From the NCBI GenBank assembly GCA_964572405.1, contig CAZNGL010000002.1:1061-65060 (forward strand): a DNA stretch of 64,000 bases, in the 5' to 3' direction. The stretch comes from an uncultured Bacteriovoracaceae bacterium. GTDB taxonomy: Bacteria > Desulfobacterota > Desulfomonilia > UBA1062. The translations under genes were made by a program, and so were the position numbers. Of this stretch, positions 57,384-64,000 are shown one piece after another. How positions within the stretch are numbered: position 1 is the stretch's first letter; each line of letters starts with the position of its first letter. The notes under the pieces were generated by a model. That model made no database searches, was not told the origin of the DNA, and saw only the letters and a program-made list of their open reading frames with translations.

Positions 57384-58943
57384 ATGTACCGGGAGCACTT
57401 CGGCCTCAAGCTCAAACCCTTCTCCATCACCCCTGATCCGAAGTTCCTGTACATGAGCCCGGGGCACAAGGAGGCCCTGGCGCACCTGCTGTACGGGCTC
57501 AAGGAGGCCAGCGGCTTCGTGGTCATCACCGGCGAGGTGGGAACCGGCAAGACCACGATCCTGAACGCCTTCCTGCTGAAGCTGCCGCCCAGGATCCCCA
57601 AGGTGGTCATCAAGAACCCGCACATCAAACCGGACAACCTCTACTTCCTGCTGGGAGAGGCCATCGGCATGCCCGAGGAGAAACGCTCCCGCAACTACAT
57701 CAACGAGTTCGAGGACCGTCTGAAGGCCACCGGGGGGGTGGTCCTCATCTGCGACGAGGCCCAGGGGCTGTCCCTCGAGATGCTCGAGGAGATCAGACTG
57801 CTCTCGAACCTGGAGACAGTGCACGAGAAGCTGGTGCAGATCATGCTGCTGGGCCAGCAGGAGCTGAACGAAAAGCTCAGCAGCCCCCAGCTCAGGCAGC
57901 TCAAGCAGCGCATCGGCGTCAAGTACCACATCCCCCCCCTGGACACCAGCGAGACCAGGGACTACATCGACCACCGGCTCAGGGTGGCGGGGTACGAGCC
58001 CAGGGAACAGCCGCTGTTCACGTCATCGGCCCTCGGTGAGATCTACCGGTATACCCGGGGCTTCCCCAGGCTCATCAACATCGTCTGCGACAACGTGCTG
58101 CTGGCCGCCTACAGCGATGACCAGACCCAGGTGAGCGCAACCCTGGTGAAGAAGGTCGTGGGAGGCATGGAGAAGACCTACGAGCGCCATGTCCCCCATG
58201 TCCCCGGCCAGAGGGCCGGCACCGGCGGGCGCTTGGGAGTCTGGATGGCCGTGGCCGCGATATCGGGAGCGATCGTCGTGGCTGCCCTGATCGCTCTGGC
58301 GCTGTATACACCCATGGGGCGGGACCTTGCTGGCAGGGCCGGCATCATGACCGGGGGGCGGACAGGACAGCCTGCCGCCATGACCACCCCGGTGGGACAG
58401 CGGGATGCTGCCGAGGCCGCCCTCGAGCCCGATGCCATGCCGGAAGTGACCCTCGAGGACCAGGCCGGGAGGGACGCAGTCCTCTCTGCAGGTGGGGCGG
58501 GCCAGAAGGCCCCCGGAGGGACCACCGTGGTCGTGGGGCCCAGGGATACCGTTGCCAGGATCGCCGCGAGGCACTACGGGAGGATCGATGCGGACATCCT
58601 GGAACTCGTGCGGCGGGCCAACACCCATCTGGGCAGTATCGACCTGATCTACGAGGGGCAGAAGATCTACCTGCCGCCCCTGGCGGGAGGCACCCAGGCG
58701 GTGTTCACGGTGAGCGTGGCCACGTACCATTCCATCAACGAGGCCACCGCCGTATTCCTGGACCTGGTGAAGAAGGGGTTCAAGGCCACCGTGTACCCCT
58801 TTCTGGATGCCAACGGGAATACCTGGTACCGTGTCACCATCGGGACGTTCCCGAGCCTCGATGAGTCCGATGCCTATGCCGGCGAGCTCAAGGGCAAGGG
58901 ATTTCTTTATGCGCGGTCGGTGAAGGTGAGCGTGGAGGGATAG
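57384..58943 (+). CDS. ExeA/GspA-like AAA ATPase fused via a TM helix to LysM-like and SPOR peptidoglycan-binding domains
   Basis: Walker A GEVGTGKTT, Walker B VLICDEAQ. TM LGVWMAVAAISGAIVVAALIALALY. LysM-like VVVGPRDTVARIAARHYG...YEGQKIYLPP. SPOR FTVSVATYHSINEATA...WYRVTIGTF. GAGGGGAGGG RBS. Confidence 0.7.
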   Translation: MYREHFGLKLKPFSITPDPKFLYMSPGHKEALAHLLYGLKEASGFVVITGEVGTGKTTILNAFLLKLPPRIPKVVIKNPHIKPDNLYFLLGEAIGMPEEKRSRNYINEFEDRLKATGGVVLICDEAQGLSLEMLEEIRLLSNLETVHEKLVQIMLLGQQELNEKLSSPQLRQLKQRIGVKYHIPPLDTSETRDYIDHRLRVAGYEPREQPLFTSSALGEIYRYTRGFPRLINIVCDNVLLAAYSDDQTQVSATLVKKVVGGMEKTYERHVPHVPGQRAGTGGRLGVWMAVAAISGAIVVAALIALALYTPMGRDLAGRAGIMTGGRTGQPAAMTTPVGQRDAAEAALEPDAMPEVTLEDQAGRDAVLSAGGAGQKAPGGTTVVVGPRDTVARIAARHYGRIDADILELVRRANTHLGSIDLIYEGQKIYLPPLAGGTQAVFTVSVATYHSINEATAVFLDLVKKGFKATVYPFLDANGNTWYRVTIGTFPSLDESDAYAGELKGKGFLYARSVKVSVEG

Positions 58944-58946
58944 ACG

Positions 58947-59711
58947 ATGCACATTCTGAAGGCACTGGAAAAGCAGGAACACGAGCTGACCGCTGAAGGC
59001 GGCGCCCTTGGGCCACTCGACGACCATCTCTACATGCACCACATGCCCTATTCGTACACGGCCGAGCAGATCCGCAAGCTCAGGACCCACATCTTCCACA
59101 TGTCCGACAGGCCGGTACCCAGGATCATCATGGTGACGAGCGCCCTGCCCGGGGAGGGCAAGAGCGTCATCTCGTCGAACCTCGCCATCGCCATCGCAAA
59201 GGGGGAAGACCAGCAGGTCCTGCTCGTGGACTGCGACCTGAGGAAGCCTTCCCTGCACGAGCTCTTCAAGTACCCCCACTCCAAGGGGGTGAGCGAGATC
59301 CTGCAGGGCAAGGCCGACATCTCGGAGTGCCTCATCAGCACCCCCATCGACAAGCTCACCATCCTGCCCGCTGCCAAGGAACCCCCTGCCAACCCTTCCG
59401 AGCTCCTGGAGTCGCGCAAGACCGGCGCACTCATCCAGAGCCTCGCGGCCCGGGAGGGGGACTGGTTCATCGTGGTCGACACGTCGCCCATCCAGGCCAC
59501 CGTGGACCCCAAGATCCTCTCCGACGTGGTGGACGGCATCGTCATGGTGGTCCGGTACCGGTACACCAGGGAGGCCGAGTTCAAGATGGCCCTGGAGGCG
59601 CTCCCCAAGGAGAAGATCATCGGCACGGTGCTCAACGCCGTGGACGAGCTGCCCGTGAAGAAGTACACCTACAAGAAATACAAGTACTACAAGAACTACT
59701 ACAACCGTTGA
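58947..59711 (+). CDS. BY-kinase-type (CpsD/Wzc C-domain-like) tyrosine autokinase ATPase with C-terminal tyrosine cluster
   Basis: Walker A PGEGKS, A' LLVDCDLRKP, B FIVVDTSP. C-terminal KKYTYKKYKYYKNYYNR Tyr cluster. Confidence 0.75.
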   Translation: MHILKALEKQEHELTAEGGALGPLDDHLYMHHMPYSYTAEQIRKLRTHIFHMSDRPVPRIIMVTSALPGEGKSVISSNLAIAIAKGEDQQVLLVDCDLRKPSLHELFKYPHSKGVSEILQGKADISECLISTPIDKLTILPAAKEPPANPSELLESRKTGALIQSLAAREGDWFIVVDTSPIQATVDPKILSDVVDGIVMVVRYRYTREAEFKMALEALPKEKIIGTVLNAVDELPVKKYTYKKYKYYKNYYNR

Positions 59712-59797
59712 AGAACCGGTCCCCTGCCGCGGCGCGATGATCGTGGGAGGGGCTTTGTCTGTTGTGGCCGCTCGCGGTGATGTGATATGCTCCTGCC

Positions 59798-60484
59798 ATG
59801 CTCCGGCGCATCTTCTCCCATGTCTTCCCTGTCCGATGCCTCGTGTGCGGAGCCTGCACCAAAGACCATATCTCTGGGGTGTGTCCTCGGTGTGCCTCCC
59901 TGGTGGAACCGGTGCCCCGGCCGGTCTGCAAGGTGTGCGGCAGCCCGTCTGCATCCGAAGGCCCCTGCCTGCGGTGTCAGGTCGACCCGCCGCCGTACGA
60001 CAGGCTGGCGAGCGCCGCGCTCTTCGCAGGACCCTTGAAGGACATGATCCATGCCTTCAAGTATGCCGATGCCACGTACTACAAGGGGTTCCTCGCCCGA
60101 ATGCTCTATGACCTGGTGGGCGCGGATGTCCGGAACTGCGACGTGATCACCTTCGTTCCCCTGCACTGGAGCAGGATGGTGTCACGGGGGTACAACCAGT
60201 CCGCGATCCTCGCGCGGGAGCTCTCGGGCATGACCGGCGTCCCGGTGGGGTACGGCATCCTGAAGAAGCTTCGGGGCACGCCCCCGCAGGTGGGGCTCAC
60301 CCGGCAGGGGAGGGAACGCAACATTCGAGGCGCATTCCGTGCGCAGGGTGTGGCTGGCAGGGCGGTCATGGTGGTGGACGACGTGGTCACCACCGGGTAC
60401 ACCGCCCGGGAGGTCTGTGGTTCATTGAAGAGGGCAGGGGCGGACTATGTGCTCTTTGCCAGCGTGGGGAGGATCCCTGCATGA
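59798..60484 (+). CDS. ComF/GntX-family protein (double zinc ribbon + phosphoribosyltransferase domain)
   Basis: N-terminal CxxC x4 (CLVCGAC...CPRC...CKVCGS...CLRC). PRTase motif VMVVDDVVTTGYT. Confidence 0.75.
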   Translation: MLRRIFSHVFPVRCLVCGACTKDHISGVCPRCASLVEPVPRPVCKVCGSPSASEGPCLRCQVDPPPYDRLASAALFAGPLKDMIHAFKYADATYYKGFLARMLYDLVGADVRNCDVITFVPLHWSRMVSRGYNQSAILARELSGMTGVPVGYGILKKLRGTPPQVGLTRQGRERNIRGAFRAQGVAGRAVMVVDDVVTTGYTAREVCGSLKRAGADYVLFASVGRIPA

Positions 60485-61383
60485 GCCCCTTGAGACAGCC
60501 GGGCAAGAAGGATCCGCGGTACCTGGAAGACATCACCTACTCTGTGGCCACGCAGCCCGTGAACAAGAACGACCCCTTCGCCTCCTCGCTCTTCATGGGC
60601 AGGTACGAAGAGCGAACGCTCATGGAGATGCTCGACAGGACCGGCATGATCGGCATCCTCCACAGGAGGGGATACCGTAATCTGGTGGTGAACGTCGTCA
60701 GGCAGGACGACTACACCTCCCGGCTCTACGTGAACTTCGACTCCGACCAGAGCGATTCGCGTCTCATCGAGCTGGTGGTGCGGGAGGGCGTGTTCAGGCC
60801 GAAGGAGAACTTTGTCCCGGCGTACGACTTCTCCGGCGGCCTGTCCATGCTTCTCATCGAATGGGTCGCCCTGCAGGACCCGAGGGCGCAGTTCACTCCG
60901 GACAAGCCGAGACTCCCAGGACAGCAGTACCCGGGCCTGGGTGGGCTGAAGAACATGCAGGACTTTCTCTACAAGCTCGGGAAGCTCACCGGCAAGGACG
61001 CCATCGTGGACGTGCCGGAGTACTTCCATTCGGCCGCAATCTATTCCCGCCTCTACACGGAGATCTACGACCGCATGTACGCATTCTTTTCCCCCGTGGA
61101 TGCGGGCATCATGCAGGCCGTGCTCCGGGATATCACGGGGAGGCCCCTGGCCGAGATTTCCTTTGCCATCGCCTTTGACTGCCTGCTCGACAGGCGCACC
61201 GGTGCCCGGGTGAAGTGGCGGCCCTCGGAGCAGATCTACCCCATCACGAAGAAGCTTCACCGCTATGTGGAGGACGAGCAGTACAAGCGGATCGTGCTGC
61301 AGACCATGGATGAGCGGGCGTTCGCCATGGACTGGGAACGCTACGAGCACATCAAGGCCCAGGGGTTGATGGATGAGATATAG
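60481..61383 (+). CDS. Conserved hypothetical protein (no recognisable motif)
   Basis: 300-aa ORF translationally coupled on both sides (ATGA overlap with comF; 11-nt overlap with the downstream gene). Coding-like composition. Confidence 0.4.
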   Translation: MSPLRQPGKKDPRYLEDITYSVATQPVNKNDPFASSLFMGRYEERTLMEMLDRTGMIGILHRRGYRNLVVNVVRQDDYTSRLYVNFDSDQSDSRLIELVVREGVFRPKENFVPAYDFSGGLSMLLIEWVALQDPRAQFTPDKPRLPGQQYPGLGGLKNMQDFLYKLGKLTGKDAIVDVPEYFHSAAIYSRLYTEIYDRMYAFFSPVDAGIMQAVLRDITGRPLAEISFAIAFDCLLDRRTGARVKWRPSEQIYPITKKLHRYVEDEQYKRIVLQTMDERAFAMDWERYEHIKAQGLMDEI

Positions 61384-62647
61384 CTTCGGCATCGTCGGCC
61401 TCGGCAGGGTGGGCGGGGCAATGCTCGCCATGCTCCGGGACGCGGGACATTCGCCCGTCTGGGCGGTGTCATCGAAGCAGGAAGCCTTTGGTATCCCGGT
61501 AACCGGCACGCCCCCCGCATCTCCCGGCGGGGCCCAGGTGGTGCTCATCGCGGTGCCCGACGGTCATATCCGTGAGGTCTCCCTCCGGATCGCCAGGACC
61601 TGGGAAGGGGCGTGCAGGGGGATCGTGTTCCTCCACCTGAGCGGCCTGCTGACCTCCGAAGAACTCTCCGCCCTGTCGGAGCAGGGGGCCGAGGTGGGCA
61701 GCCTCCACCCCCTGCAGTCCATACCCGATGCCACACGGGCACGACAGATCCTCAAGGGAAGCCTGTTCACCTTCGAGGGGACCCGGGGTGCCGGAGAGGC
61801 CGCCCGTATGATAGCGGCATCCCTGGGCGTGGAGATGATCCCGATCTCGCGGGAAAACAAGGTCCTCTACCACGCCTCCGCCGTCATGGCATCGAACTAC
61901 CTGGTGGCACTCATGGATCAGGCATCACAGGTGATTGCGTCGACCGGCCTCTCGCTCGGGCATCTCATGCCGCTGGTCAGGGGGACCCTTGCCAACGTAG
62001 AAGCCCAGGGCGGCAAGGCCCTGACGGGTCCTGTGACGCGGGGCGACTGGTCCACGGTACGGGCCCATGTGGATGCCCTCAGGGGTAGATTCCCCGACCT
62101 GCTCCCCGCATACCTCGAGCTCGGCAGGTACACGGCGCGCCTGGCGGGCCGCCGGTTCCCGGAGGAACTGGTCGCATATCCCACCCTTGCAGGCCTCGAT
62201 GAGCTCTGTGACATCCTCGCGACGAAGAGGGCGCGGGGTATGAGGGTGGTCTTCACCAACGGCTGCTTCGATATCATTCATGCAGGTCATGTCACCTACC
62301 TGGCCAGGGCCCGCTCCCTGGGAGACTGCCTGGTGGTGGGGCTCAACTCGGACGAGTCTGTGAGGCGGATCAAGGGGCAGGGCCGCCCGGTGAACACCGA
62401 GCATGCGCGAGCGGCCGTACTCGGAGCGCTCTCGAGCGTGGACCATGTGGTGCTCTTCGGCGAGGATACGCCGTTGCGTCTCATCGATCGTATCCGGCCG
62501 GATGTCCTGGTAAAGGGGGGAGACTGGGCCGTTCAGGACATCGTGGGCGCAGACGTGGTACGCGCAGCGGGCGGAGAGGTGCTGACCATCCCCTTTGAGG
62601 AGGGTTTTTCCACCACCGGAATCATCGGGCGGATCAGAAGGGACTGA
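61373..62647 (+). CDS. Fusion: N-terminal Rossmann-fold DUF2520/NADP-oxidoreductase-like domain + C-terminal HldE domain II-type cytidylyl/adenylyltransferase (D-glycero-D-manno-heptose-1-phosphate adenylyltransferase-like)
   Basis: N-terminus [12 protein letters not shown] dinucleotide-binding motif. C-terminus [18 protein letters not shown] (HxGH nucleotidyltransferase motif) and ISSTGII-like end. Confidence 0.7.
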   Translation: MRYSFGIVGLGRVGGAMLAMLRDAGHSPVWAVSSKQEAFGIPVTGTPPASPGGAQVVLIAVPDGHIREVSLRIARTWEGACRGIVFLHLSGLLTSEELSALSEQGAEVGSLHPLQSIPDATRARQILKGSLFTFEGTRGAGEAARMIAASLGVEMIPISRENKVLYHASAVMASNYLVALMDQASQVIASTGLSLGHLMPLVRGTLANVEAQGGKALTGPVTRGDWSTVRAHVDALRGRFPDLLPAYLELGRYTARLAGRRFPEELVAYPTLAGLDELCDILATKRARGMRVVFTNGCFDIIHAGHVTYLARARSLGDCLVVGLNSDESVRRIKGQGRPVNTEHARAAVLGALSSVDHVVLFGEDTPLRLIDRIRPDVLVKGGDWAVQDIVGADVVRAAGGEVLTIPFEEGFSTTGIIGRIRRD

Positions 62648-62650
62648 CCA

Positions 62651-63715
62651 CTAGAACCCTGCCCAGAAGCGCATGGCATACCGGCGGTCGGCCTTCTGGC
62701 CCGCATACGTTCCGATCTCCTCTGCATAGGTCAGAAAGTCGAGCCGCACGACACGTCCGTCAAGGCCAAGCCCTGCGGTGAAGTAGCCCTGGTACACACC
62801 CGCCCTCAGCTCGAGGAACTTCATGAGCTCGCACTCGGCCCCCATCCTGATGCGCTTGGCGATATCGTCGTCTGTGCCCAGCTGGGAGAAGATGTCGATG
62901 TAGTCAAAGGCCAGGGTGACTTTGGTCACCTTCAGGTCCAGGTCCTGGGCAATGCCGATGTCCACGTGATCATCCAGGTCCTCGGCGTCTGCGAGCTTGG
63001 ACCCGATGAGGTTGCTGGCGGAGACGCCGACCTTTGTGTCGCCCAGTCCGATGCTCGCGAGCCTGTAGATGACACCGAGGTCCAGGAGGATGCCGCTCCC
63101 GTCCTCGAGGTCATCCTCGATCCTCTCGTCGAAGTCGCTGTCCGCGATGTCGGTCACCGTGTAGATCTCGGATATGCTCTGGCGTCTTACGAATTTCAGG
63201 CTCGCACCGATGAGGAGCGAGTCGTCGAGGAGAGGGTGGCCGTATCCGGCGCCGAGCCCGTAATCCAGGATTCCCTGCACCTCGAGCTTGGGGTACTGCC
63301 GGTCATGGGCAGTGATGTCGGAGTGTGCGCTCCCGAAGGCGCAGAACGCGAAGCGGGGCATGGAGAACGATGGCACGAGGGAGAGCCCGAAGTGGGCCGT
63401 TTCCCCGATGTAGTCGCGCAGGAACTGTGCGGTCTCTGCCTCGCTGTCGAAGTCCACGTCCGCTGCGTCCTGATACATGTCCCACGACTTCTCGCTGAAT
63501 TCAATCTCCAGGGGGAAGATGGCCCCCCGTATGCTGCCGATGTCCGCAAGGCCTGCGGGGTTGTAGAACAGGGCGTTGGCGTCGTTCGAGACGGCGACAA
63601 AGGCGCCTCCCATGCCCATGGGCCGGATGCCCTTGTAGATGTAGGGGTACTCGGCAGCCATACCCGGTATGGACATGCAGCACAGGAGCATCACCCAGAA
63701 CAGGCGGTTCTTCAT
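62651..63715 (-). CDS. Outer-membrane beta-barrel protein, FadL/PorV-like
   Basis: Signal peptide. N-terminal GMGGAFVAVSNDANALFYNPAGLA motif reminiscent of FadL-family hatch region. C-terminal F. GAGGGGAGGA RBS for start 63715. Confidence 0.5.
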   Translation of the reverse strand: MKNRLFWVMLLCCMSIPGMAAEYPYIYKGIRPMGMGGAFVAVSNDANALFYNPAGLADIGSIRGAIFPLEIEFSEKSWDMYQDAADVDFDSEAETAQFLRDYIGETAHFGLSLVPSFSMPRFAFCAFGSAHSDITAHDRQYPKLEVQGILDYGLGAGYGHPLLDDSLLIGASLKFVRRQSISEIYTVTDIADSDFDERIEDDLEDGSGILLDLGVIYRLASIGLGDTKVGVSASNLIGSKLADAEDLDDHVDIGIAQDLDLKVTKVTLAFDYIDIFSQLGTDDDIAKRIRMGAECELMKFLELRAGVYQGYFTAGLGLDGRVVRLDFLTYAEEIGTYAGQKADRRYAMRFWAGF

Positions 63716-63729
63716 GGAATCCTCCCCTC

Positions 63730-64000
63730 TCATTCGTACATGAGCAGGGTATCATTGACGAATTCCGTGATATCCTGCGCGGTATAGGAGTTGATGGCAC
63801 TTGTCACGGCCTGATCGGAGCTCCCTTCGGGAAGGCCGAGCAGGTCACAGACGAAGCCGTCGAGTTCTTCGGTGATGTCTTCGCCGCGGCCGATGTTTTC
63901 TGCAAGGGTCTGCACAGCCCCATAGATGTTCAGAAGGTCCGTTTTCAGGGCAGTGAGGTCTTCGGGGTGCGTTTCCAGATACGCCGTGGTTTGGTCCAGG
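63730..64000 (-). CDS. Hypothetical protein, 5'-partial (runs off the window end)
   Basis: Open reading frame continues without stop to position 64000 on the minus strand. Acidic C-terminal region. Confidence 0.3.
   Translation of the reverse strand, partial: LDQTTAYLETHPEDLTALKTDLLNIYGAVQTLAENIGRGEDITEELDGFVCDLLGLPEGSSDQAVTSAINSYTAQDITEFVNDTLLMYE

Noticed and set aside
1-64000. Search for CRISPR arrays, tandem repeats, IS elements, integrases, phage genes, toxin-antitoxin pairs and tRNA/rRNA genes.
   Set aside because: No direct-repeat/spacer periodicity. No transposase or integrase motifs (DDE, tyrosine recombinase RxxR...HxxR...Y) in any frame. T-loop-like GGTTCAA/GTTCGAA strings occur only inside CDSs or the riboswitch. 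Intergenic regions are too short for rRNA.

Overview
This is a gene-dense, high-GC bacterial chromosomal window of about 64 kb. The gene content (sigma-54 regulators, four-subunit 2-oxoacid:ferredoxin oxidoreductases, Thi4-type thiazole synthase, HD-GYP/GGDEF/PilZ proteins, a PEP-CTERM-style EPS locus) suggests an anaerobic deltaproteobacterium-like (Thermodesulfobacteriota-type) organism. No rRNA, tRNA, CRISPR array, transposase, integrase or phage gene was recognised, so this looks like core chromosome rather than an accessory island. The main blocks are listed below.

- **1053..2426:** phosphomannomutase.
- **2580..7262:** SH3 protein, threonine dehydratase, and the first porGDAB-type 2-oxoacid:ferredoxin oxidoreductase operon.
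- **7627..11761:** a tightly packed c-di-GMP module made of a GGDEF cyclase, a PilZ effector and a class A PBP.
- **12150..17047:** a DUF47 protein, an atypical acyl-adenylate ligase, a radical SAM activase, and a 7TM-PAS-HD-GYP phosphodiesterase.
- **17136..29408, minus strand:** a flagellar flgB-flgC-fliE-fliF-fliG-fliH-fliI-fliJ-ylxF-like operon, a sigma-54 promoter in front of flgB, and upstream a FleQ-like sigma-54 activator, a large TPR protein and an NtrC-type response regulator behind a sigma-70 promoter with a palindromic operator. An IHF/HU gene and rluB follow.
- **31928..35222, minus strand:** a TPP-riboswitch-controlled thi4-thiE-thiC operon with a terminator expression platform.
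- **35310..38266:** site-2 protease, trpS, scpA, scpB.
- **38267..39733:** a PilZ-like::SAM-methyltransferase fusion, which I consider one of the two most novel-looking items.
- **39875..44702:** mogA, an LRV-repeat protein, an EF-G paralog, holB, and an Smr protein.
- **44892..48931:** a LysR regulator and a second OFOR GDAB operon.
- **49090..50559:** ffh.
- **50582..59711:** a PEP-CTERM/exosortase-style exopolysaccharide export locus. It has a GAF-PAS histidine kinase, a sigma-54 response regulator, a Wza-like exporter, an outer-membrane protein, a PCP, an ExeA-like AAA ATPase with LysM/SPOR domains, and a BY-kinase with a Tyr cluster. No exosortase or glycosyltransferases lie in the window.
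- **59798..62647:** a comF-hypothetical-DUF2520::HldE-domain-II operon.
- **62651..64000:** a FadL-like outer-membrane protein and a partial gene at the edge.

Many long ORFs in the six-frame track are antisense artefacts of the high GC content and were not called as genes.
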